DNA of 21,531 nt from Utricularia gibba (Eukaryota > Plantae > Magnoliophyta): positions 1 through 21,531 of the forward strand of contig NEEC01000053.1 in NCBI GenBank assembly GCA_002189035.1, in the 5' to 3' direction. Position 1 is the stretch's first letter. Every line of letters begins with the position of its first letter. Of the stretch, positions 1 to 9,300 are shown piece by piece. Made by a program: the position numbers and the translations under genes. A model generated the notes under the pieces. It searched no databases, had not been told where the DNA came from, and saw only the letters and a program-made list of their open reading frames with translations.

Positions 1-2470
1 AATGGTGCATCAAGAATCAGAAGTATCATAGCAACTAAATGCATCAATCAACAGCCAAAACATATGGTGTCAGACTTCATCTACTATGCGATCAAGTTGG
101 AAAAAAGTCACATGCTACATCATGAATTTCGTGGCATCACTTATCCAACACTGTTATATAATCTGGATATGCGTAAATATTTATTTTTAATGAATCCGTG
201 CACGTGTGATTTTTAGGATGCACCCGAATGATGATGCGCAATGAAATGACTACGTCGCACATCCTAATCCGCGAAGCACTCTTGCATAACATGCAGATCC
301 TTGCTCTTCATAGCACACTGTTGGGAAGCCCTATTCGAGCTCCAAGTATTATAATTTGGAGTTACGTTTGTCCGATAACTGTGGACATATTAAAAACACC
401 AACGAAAGTGTCTCACGTGGCATTCCGTGGTGACTGCTTTTAATAATGTGCTTCATGTTCTCGAAATTGATGCGAACAACATACAAGGCAAAAGAATCAA
501 ATAGCCACTAGAGACATGGTATACGGGAATGGTGCATCAAGAATCAGAAGTATCATAGCAACTAAATGCATCAATCAAAAGCCAAAACATATGGTGTCAG
601 AATTCATCTACTATGCGATCAAGTTGGAAAAAAGTCACATGCTACATCATGAATTTCGTGGCATCACTTATCCCAACACTGTTATAACTCTGGATATGCG
701 TAAATATTTATTTTTAATGAATCCGTGCACGTGTGATTTTTAGGATGCACCCCGAATGATGATGCGCAATGAAATGACTACGTCGCACATCCTGGTCCGC
801 GAAGCACCTCTTGCATAACATGCAGATCCTTGCTCTTCATAGCACACTGTTGGGAAGCCCTTTTCGAGCTCCAAGTATTATAATTTGGAGTTACGTTTGT
901 CCGATAACTGTGGACATATTAAAAACAAGCCACAACGAAAAGTGTCTCACGTGGCATTCCGTGGTGACTGCATTTAATAATGTGCTTCATGTTCTCGAAA
1001 TTGATGCGAACAACATACAAGGCAAAAGAATCAAATAGCCACTAGAGACATGGTATACGGGAATGGTGCATCAAGAATCAGAAGTATCATAGCAACTAAA
1101 TGCATCAATCAAAAGCCAAAACATATGGTGTCAGAATTCATCTACTATGCGATCAAGTTGGAAAAAAGTCACATGCTACATCATGAATTTCGTGGCATCA
1201 CTTATCCCAACACTGTTATACACTCTGGATATGCGTAAATATTTATTTTTAATGAATCCCGTGCACGTGTGATTTTTAGGCTGCACCCCGAATGATGATG
1301 CGCAATGAAATGACTACGTCGCACATCCTGGTCCGCGAAGCACCTCTTGCATAACATGCAGATCCTTGCTCTTCATAGCACACTGTTGGGAAGCCCTTTC
1401 GAGCTCCAAGTATTATAATTTGGAGTTACGTTTGTCCGATAACTGTGGACATATTAAAAACAAGCCACAACGAAAAGTGTCTCACGTGGCATTCCGTGGT
1501 GACTGCATTTAATAATGTGCTTCATGTTCTCGAAATTGATGCGAACAACATACAAGGCAAAAGAATCAAATAGCCACTAGAGACATGGTATACGGGAATG
1601 GTGCATCAAGAATCAGAAGTATCATAGCAACTAAATGCATCAATCAAAAGCCAAAACATATGGTGTCAGAATTCATCTACTATGCGATCAAGTTGGAAAA
1701 AAGTCACATGCTACATCATGAATTTCGTGGCATCACTTATCCCAACACTGTTATACACTCTGGATATGCGTAAATATTTATTTTTAATGAATCCCGTGCA
1801 CGTGTGATTTTTAGGATGCACCCGAATGATGATGCGCAATGAAATGACTACGTCGCACATCCTGGTCCGCGAAGCACCTCTTGCATAACATGCAGATCCT
1901 TGCTCTTCATAGCACACTGTTGGGAAGCCCTTTTCGAGCTCCAAGTATTATAATTTGGAGTTACGTTTGTCCGATAACTGTGGACATATTAAAAACAAGC
2001 CACAACGAAAAGTGTCTCACGTGGCATTCCGTGGTGACTGCATTTAATAATGTGCTTCATGTTCTCGAAATTGATGCGAACAACATACAAGGCAAAAGAA
2101 TCAAATAGCCACTAGAGACATGGTATACGGGAATGGTGCATCAAGAATCAGAAGTATCATAGCAACTAAATGCATCAATCAAAAGCCAAAACATATGGTG
2201 TCAGAATTCATCTACTATGCGATCAAGTTGGAAAAAAGTCACATGCTACATCATGAATTTCGTGGCATCACTTATCCCAACACTGTTATACACTCTGGAT
2301 ATGCGTAAATATTTATTTTTAATGAATCCCGTGCACGTGTGATTTTTAGGATGCACCCCGAATGATGATGCGCAATGAAATGACTACGTCGCACATCCTG
2401 GTCCGCGAAGCACCTCTTGCATAACATGCAGATCCTTGCTCTTCATAGCACACTGTTGGGAAGCCCTTTT

Positions 2471-2501
2471 CGAGCTCCAAGTATTATAATTTGGAGTTAC
2501 G
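2471..2501. other. Stem-loop CTCCAA-GTATTATAAT-TTGGAG (core 2475-2496), one per unit
   Basis: 6-bp perfect stem, extendable to about 10 bp with a G-T pair and one bulge (CGAG / TT-A-CG). The loop contains the palindrome ATTATAAT, so TATAAT reads on both strands. Function unknown. Confidence 0.4.
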
Positions 2502-2655
2502 TTTGTCCGATAACTGTGGACATATTAAAAACAAGCCACAACGAAAAGTGTCTCACGTGGCATTCCGTGGTGACTGCATTTAATAATGTGCTTCATGTTC
2601 TCGAAATTGATGCGAACAACATACAAGGCAAAAGAATCAAATAGCCACTAGAGAC

Positions 2656-2844
2656 ATGGTATACGGGAATGGTGCATCAAGAATCAGAAGTATCATAGCA
2701 ACTAAATGCATCAATCAAAAGCCAAAACATATGGTGTCAGAATTCATCTACTATGCGATCAAGTTGGAAAAAAGTCACATGCTACATCATGAATTTCGTG
2801 GCATCACTTATCCCAACACTGTTATACACTCTGGATATGCGTAA
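2656..2844 (+). CDS. Hypothetical 62-aa ORF (MVYGNG...HSGYA), representative of a per-unit copy; probably non-coding
   Basis: ATG start in GACATGG context within an A-rich segment, intact in most copies. No recognisable domain, and the intactness is explained by the near-identity of the repeat. It runs through the right inverted-repeat arm. Confidence 0.12.
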   Translation: MVYGNGASRIRSIIATKCINQKPKHMVSEFIYYAIKLEKSHMLHHEFRGITYPNTVIHSGYA

Positions 2845-2985
2845 ATATTTATTTTTAATGAATCCCGTGCACGTGTGATTTTTAGGATGCACCCCGAATG
2901 ATGATGCGCAATGAAATGACTACGTCGCACATCCTGGTCCGCGAAGCACCTCTTGCATAACATGCAGATCCTTGCTCTTCATAGC

Positions 2986-2997
2986 ACAGTGTTGGGA
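2986..2997 (+). repeat. Left arm of 12-bp inverted repeat, ACAGTGTTGGGA (G allele at 2989); present once per unit
   Basis: Exact reverse complement of TCCCAACACTGT at 3347-3358 and 2811-2822. Copies with the C allele (e.g. 2450-2461, ACACTGTTGGGA) carry one mismatch. Confidence 0.9.
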
Positions 2998-3357
2998 AGC
3001 CCTTTTCGAGCTCCAAGTATTATAATTTGGAGTTACGTTTGTCCGATAACTGTGGACATATTAAAAACAAGCCACAACGAAAAGTGTCTCACGTGGCATT
3101 CCGTGGTGACTGCATTTAATAATGTGCTTCATGTTCTCGAAATTGATGCGAACAACATACAAGGCAAAAGAATCAAATAGCCACTAGAGACATGGTATAC
3201 GGGAATGGTGCATCAAGAATCAGAAGTATCATAGCAACTAAATGCATCAATCAAAAGCCAAAACATATGGTGTCAGAATTCATCTACTATGCGATCAAGT
3301 TGGAAAAAAGTCACATGCTACATCATGAATTTCGTGGCATCACTTATCCCAACACTG
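2987..3357. mobile_element. Candidate non-autonomous hAT-like element (MITE), 371 bp, one per unit
   Basis: 11-bp terminal inverted repeats CAGTGTTGGGA/TCCCAACACTG with hAT-like CAG...CTG ends. Flanking 8-mers TCATAGCA and TTATACAC both have TA at positions 4-5. No transposase is encoded, and the flanks are not an identical TSD (4/8 match). Confidence 0.35.
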
Positions 3358-3358
3358 T
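3347..3358 (-). repeat. Right arm of 12-bp inverted repeat, TCCCAACACTGT; present once per unit
   Basis: Pairs with 2986-2997. Pairing extends imperfectly on both sides (ATA-gc-ACAGTGTTGGGA-AG versus CT-ta-TCCCAACACTGT-TAT). Confidence 0.9.
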
Positions 3359-6300
3359 TATACACTCTGGATATGCGTAAATATTTATTTTTAATGAATC
3401 CCGTGCACGTGTGATTTTTAGGATGCACCCCGAATGATGATGCGCAATGAAATGACTACGTCGCACATCCTGGTCCGCGAAGCACCTCTTGCATAACATG
3501 CAGATCCTTGCTCTTCATAGCACACTGTTGGGAAGCCCTTTTCGAGCTCCAAGTATTATAATTTGGAGTTACGTTTGTCCGATAACTGTGGACATATTAA
3601 AAACAAGCCACAACGAAAAGTGTCTCACGTGGCATTCCGTGGTGACTGCATTTAATAATGTGCTTCATGTTCTCGAAATTGATGCGAACAACATACAAGG
3701 CAAAAGAATCAAATAGCCACTAGAGACATGGTATACGGGAATGGTGCATCAAGAATCAGAAGTATCATAGCAACTAAATGCATCAATCAAAAGCCAAAAC
3801 ATATGGTGTCAGAATTCATCTACTATGCGATCAAGTTGGAAAAAAGTCACATGCTACATCATGAATTTCGTGGCATCACTTATCCCAACACTGTTATACA
3901 CTCTGGATATGCGTAAATATTTATTTTTAATGAATCCCGTGCACGTGTGATTTTTAGGATGCACCCCGAATGATGATGCGCAATGAAATGACTACGTCGC
4001 ACATCCTGGTCCGCGAAGCACCTCTTGCATAACATGCAGATCCTTGCTCTTCATAGCACAGTGTTGGGAAGCCCTTTTCGAGCTCCAAGTATTATAATTT
4101 GGAGTTACGTTTGTCCGATAACTGTGGACATATTAAAAACAAGCCACAACGAAAAGTGTCTCACGTGGCATTCCGTGGTGACTGCATTTAATAATGTGCT
4201 TCATGTTCTCGAAATTGATGCGAACAACATACAAGGCAAAAGAATCAAATAGCCACTAGAGACATGGTATACGGGAATGGTGCATCAAGAATCAGAAGTA
4301 TCATAGCAACTAAATGCATCAATCAAAAGCCAAAACATATGGTGTCAGAATTCATCTACTATGCGATCAAGTTGGAAAAAAGTCACATGCTACATCATGA
4401 ATTTCGTGGCATCACTTATCCCAACACTGTTATACACTCTGGATATGCGTAAATATTTATTTTTAATGAATCCCGTGCACGTGTGATTTTTAGGATGCAC
4501 CCCGAATGATGATGCGCAATGAAATGACTACGTCGCACATCCTGGTCCGCGAAGCACCTCTTGCATAACATGCAGATCCTTGCTCTTCATAGCACAGTGT
4601 TGGGAAGCCCTTTTCGAGCTCCAAGTATTATAATTTGGAGTTACGTTTGTCCGATAACTGTGGACATATTAAAAACAAGCCACAACGAAAAGTGTCTCAC
4701 GTGGCATTCCGTGGTGACTGCATTTAATAATGTGCTTCATGTTCTCGAAATTGATGCGAACAACATACAAGGCAAAAGAATCAAATAGCCACTAGAGACA
4801 TGGTATACGGGAATGGTGCATCAAGAATCAGAAGTATCATAGCAACTAAATGCATCAATCAAAAGCCAAAACATATGGTGTCAGAATTCATCTACTATGC
4901 GATCAAGTTGGAAAAAAGTCACATGCTACATCATGAATTTCGTGGCATCACTTATCCCAACACTGTTATACACTCTGGATATGCGTAAATATTTATTTTT
5001 AATGAATCCCGTGCACGTGTGATTTTTAGGATGCACCCCGAATGATGATGCGCAATGAAATGACTACGTCGCACATCCTGGTCCGCGAAGCACCTCTTGC
5101 ATAACATGCAGATCCTTGCTCTTCATAGCACACTGTTGGGAAGCCCTTTTCGAGCTCCAAGTATTATAATTTGGAGTTACGTTTGTCCGATAACTGTGGA
5201 CATATTAAAAACAAGCCACAACGAAAAGTGTCTCACGTGGCATTCCGTGGTGATGCATTTAATAATGTGCTTCATGTTCTCGAAATTGATGCGAACAACA
5301 TACAAGGCAAAAGAATCAAATAGCCACTAGAGACATGGTATACGGGAATGGTGCATCAAGAATCAGAAGTATCATAGCAACTAAATGCATCAATCAAAAG
5401 CCAAAACATATGGTGTCAGAATTCATCTACTATGCGATCAAGTTGGAAAAAAGTCACATGCTACATCATGAATTTCGTGGCATCACTTATCCCAACACTG
5501 TTATACACTCTGGATATGCGTAAATATTTATTTTTAATGAATCCCGTGCACGTGTGATTTTTAGGATGCACCCCGAATGATGATGCGCAATGAAATGACT
5601 ACGTCGCACATCCTGGTCCGCGAAGCACCTCTTGCATAACATGCAGATCCTTGCTCTTCATAGCACAGTGTTGGGAAGCCCTTTTCGAGCTCCAAGTATT
5701 ATAATTTGGAGTTACGTTTGTCCGATAACTGTGGACATATTAAAAACAAGCCACAACGAAAAGTGTCTCACGTGGCATTCCGTGGTGATGCATTTAATAA
5801 TGTGCTTCATGTTCTCGAAATTGATGCGAACAACATACAAGGCAAAAGAATCAAATAGCCACTAGAGACATGGTATACGGGAATGGTGCATCAAGAATCA
5901 GAAGTATCATAGCAACTAAATGCATCAATCAAAAGCCAAAACATATGGTGTCAGAATTCATCTACTATGCGATCAAGTTGGAAAAAAGTCACATGCTACA
6001 TCATGAATTTCGTGGCATCACTTATCCCAACACTGTTATACACTCTGGATATGCGTAAATATTTATTTTTAATGAATCCCGTGCACGTGTGATTTTTAGG
6101 ATGCACCCCGAATGATGATGCGCAATGAAATGACTACGTCGCACATCCTGGTCCGCGAAGCACCTCTTGCATAACATGCAGATCCTTGCTCTTCATAGCA
6201 CAGTGTTGGGAAGCCCTTTTCGAGCTCCAAGTATTATAATTTGGAGTTACGTTTGTCCGATAACTGTGGACATATTAAAAACAAGCCACAACGAAAAGTG

Positions 6301-9300
6301 TCTCACGTGGCATTCCGTGGTGATGCATTTAATAATGTGCTTCATGTTCTCGAAATTGATGCGAACAACATACAAGGCAAAAGAATCAAATAGCCACTAG
6401 AGACATGGTATACGGGAATGGTGCATCAAGAATCAGAAGTATCATAGCAACTAAATGCATCAATCAAAAGCCAAAACATATGGTGTCAGAATTCATCTAC
6501 TATGCGATCAAGTTGGAAAAAAGTCACATGCTACATCATGAATTTCGTGGCATCACTTATCCCAACACTGTTATACACTCTGGATATGCGTAAATATTTA
6601 TTTTTAATGAATCCGTGCACGTGTGATTTTTAGGATGCACCCCGAATGATGATGCGCAATGAAATGACTACGTCGCACATCCTGGTCCGCGAAGCACCTC
6701 TTGCATAACATGCAGATCCTTGCTCTTCATAGCACAGTGTTGGGAAGCCCTTTTCGAGCTCCAAGTATTATAATTTGGAGTTACGTTTGTCCGATAACTG
6801 TGGACATATTAAAAACAAGCCACAACGAAAAGTGTCTCACGTGGCATTCCGTGGTGACTGCATTTAATAATGTGCTTCATGTTCTCGAAATTGATGCGAA
6901 CAACATACAAGGCAAAAGAATCAAATAGCCACTAGAGACATGGTATACGGGAATGGTGCATCAAGAATCAGAAGTATCATAGCAACTAAATGCATCAATC
7001 AAAAGCCAAAACATATGGTGTCAGAATTCATCTACTATGCGATCAAGTTGGAAAAAAGTCACATGCTACATCATGAATTTCGTGGCATCACTTATCCCAA
7101 CACTGTTATACACTCTGGATATGCGTAAATATTTATTTTTAATGAATCCCGTGCACGTGTGATTTTTAGGATGCACCCCGAATGATGATGCGCAATGAAA
7201 TGACTACGTCGCACATCCTGGTCCGCGAAGCACCTCTTGCATAACATGCAGATCCTTGCTCTTCATAGCACAGTGTTGGGAAGCCCTTTTCGAGCTCCAA
7301 GTATTATAATTTGGAGTTACGTTTGTCCGATAACTGTGGACATATTAAAAACAAGCCACAACGAAAAGTGTCTCACGTGGCATTCCGTGGTGATGCATTT
7401 AATAATGTGCTTCATGTTCTCGAAATTGATGCGAACAACATACAAGGCAAAAGAATCAAATAGCCACTAGAGACATGGTATACGGGAATGGTGCATCAAG
7501 AATCAGAAGTATCATAGCAACTAAATGCATCAATCAAAAGCCAAAACATATGGTGTCAGAATTCATCTACTATGCGATCAAGTTGGAAAAAAGTCACATG
7601 CTACATCATGAATTTCGTGGCATCACTTATCCCAACACTGTTATACACTCTGGATATGCGTAAATATTTATTTTTAATGAATCCCGTGCACGTGTGATTT
7701 TTAGGATGCACCCCGAATGATGATGCGCAATGAAATGACTACGTCGCACATCCTGGTCCGCGAAGCACCTCTTGCATAACATGCAGATCCTTGCTCTTCA
7801 TAGCACAGTGTTGGGAAGCCCTTTTCGAGCTCCAAGTATTATAATTTGGAGTTACGTTTGTCCGATAACTGTGGACATATTAAAAACAAGCCACAACGAA
7901 AAGTGTCTCACGTGGCATTCCGTGGTGATGCATTTAATAATGTGCTTCATGTTCTCGAAATTGATGCGAACAACATACAAGGCAAAAGAATCAAATAGCC
8001 ACTAGAGACATGGTATACGGGAATGGTGCATCAAGAATCAGAAGTATCATAGCAACTAAATGCATCAATCAAAAGCCAAAACATATGGTGTCAGAATTCA
8101 TCTACTATGCGATCAAGTTGGAAAAAAGTCACATGCTACATCATGAATTTCGTGGCATCACTTATCCCAACACTGTTATACACTCTGGATATGCGTAAAT
8201 ATTTATTTTTAATGAATCCCGTGCACGTGTGATTTTTAGGATGCACCCCGAATGATGATGCGCAATGAAATGACTACGTCGCACATCCTGGTCCGCGAAG
8301 CACCTCTTGCATAACATGCAGATCCTTGCTCTTCATAGCACAGTGTTGGGAAGCCCTTTTCGAGCTCCAAGTATTATAATTTGGAGTTACGTTTGTCCGA
8401 TAACTGTGGACATATTAAAAACAAGCCACAACGAAAAGTGTCTCACGTGGCATTCCGTGGTGATGCATTTAATAATGTGCTTCATGTTCTCGAAATTGAT
8501 GCGAACAACATACAAGGCAAAAGAATCAAATAGCCACTAGAGACATGGTATACGGGAATGGTGCATCAAGAATCAGAAGTATCATAGCAACTAAATGCAT
8601 CAATCAAAAGCCAAAACATATGGTGTCAGAATTCATCTACTATGCGATCAAGTTGGAAAAAAGTCACATGCTACATCATGAATTTCGTGGCATCACTTAT
8701 CCCAACACTGTTATACACTCTGGATATGCGTAAATATTTATTTTTAATGAATCCCGTGCACGTGTGATTTTTAGGATGCACCCCGAATGATGATGCGCAA
8801 TGAAATGACTACGTCGCACATCCTGGTCCGCGAAGCACCTCTTGCATAACATGCAGATCCTTGCTCTTCATAGCACAGTGTTGGGAAGCCCTTTTCGAGC
8901 TCCAAGTATTATAATTTGGAGTTACGTTTGTCCGATAACTGTGGACATATTAAAAACAAGCCACAACGAAAAGTGTCTCACGTGGCATTCCGTGGTGATG
9001 CATTTAATAATGTGCTTCATGTTCTCGAAATTGATGCGAACAACATACAAGGCAAAAGAATCAAATAGCCACTAGAGACATGGTATACGGGAATGGTGCA
9101 TCAAGAATCAGAAGTATCATAGCAACTAAATGCATCAATCAAAAGCCAAAACATATGGTGTCAGAATTCATCTACTATGCGATCAAGTTGGAAAAAAGTC
9201 ACATGCTACATCATGAATTTCGTGGCATCACTTATCCCAACACTGTTATACACTCTGGATATGCGTAAATATTTATTTTTAATGAATCCCGTGCACGTGT

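Larger units (their letters stand above)
2401..2936. repeat. Reference monomer (536 bp, arbitrary phase)
   Basis: GTCCGCGAAG at 2401 recurs at 2937. Hand count: 217 G+C of 536, A 173 versus T 146, 20 CpG. Confidence 0.98.

Noticed and set aside
2483-2490. Sigma70 promoter from TATAAT on both strands
   Set aside because: No credible TTGACA at 16-18 bp spacing and no extended -10 TG on either strand.
2552-2560. TCACGTG (yeast CDEI / bHLH E-box)
   Set aside because: No >90% AT CDEII or CDEIII follows, and a 6-7-mer match is uninformative.
2515-2580. Hairpin-ribozyme fragments (GTGGACATATTA on +; A-GUC and UGAAGCA on -)
   Set aside because: The pieces lie on opposite strands, the AGAAA loop B strand is missing and helix 1 cannot form.
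2417-2644. 75/77-aa ORF (MHNMQILA...) repeated in most units
   Set aside because: TTG start, no convincing ribosome-binding site, and the C-terminus changes frame with the site-2 deletion in about 14 copies. The segment VLEIDANNIQG is only faintly like the DnaX/RFC EIDAAS motif, with no supporting AAA+ context.
2645-2652. Helitron 3' end (CTAG)
   Set aside because: No GC-rich hairpin about 11 nt upstream and not followed by T.
2443-2700. 8-mer direct repeats (TCATAGCA at 2443 and 2693, TGCATCAA, CGTGGCAT) as TSDs or iterons
   Set aside because: About two repeated 8-mers are expected by chance in 536 bp, and the TCATAGCA pair does not bracket inverted termini.
2836-2890. Kinetoplast minicircle-like block (AATCCCGTGC resembles trypanosome CSB-2 as I recall it, with GCGT about 20 nt upstream)
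   Set aside because: The universal CSB-3 (GGGGTTGGTGTA) is absent on both strands and CSB-1 is only a 4-nt match.
2896-2935. Hammerhead-like ATGATGA...GAAA...GAC/GTC
   Set aside because: The invariant CUGANGA core is absent from the consensus on both strands, stem II is not formed and there is no properly placed NUH. CTGATGA at about 17304 lies in a corrupted patch.
2987-2993. CA-CAGTG overlap forming the RSS heptamer CACAGTG (2985-2991)
   Set aside because: No ACAAAAACC nonamer at 12 or 23 bp spacing.
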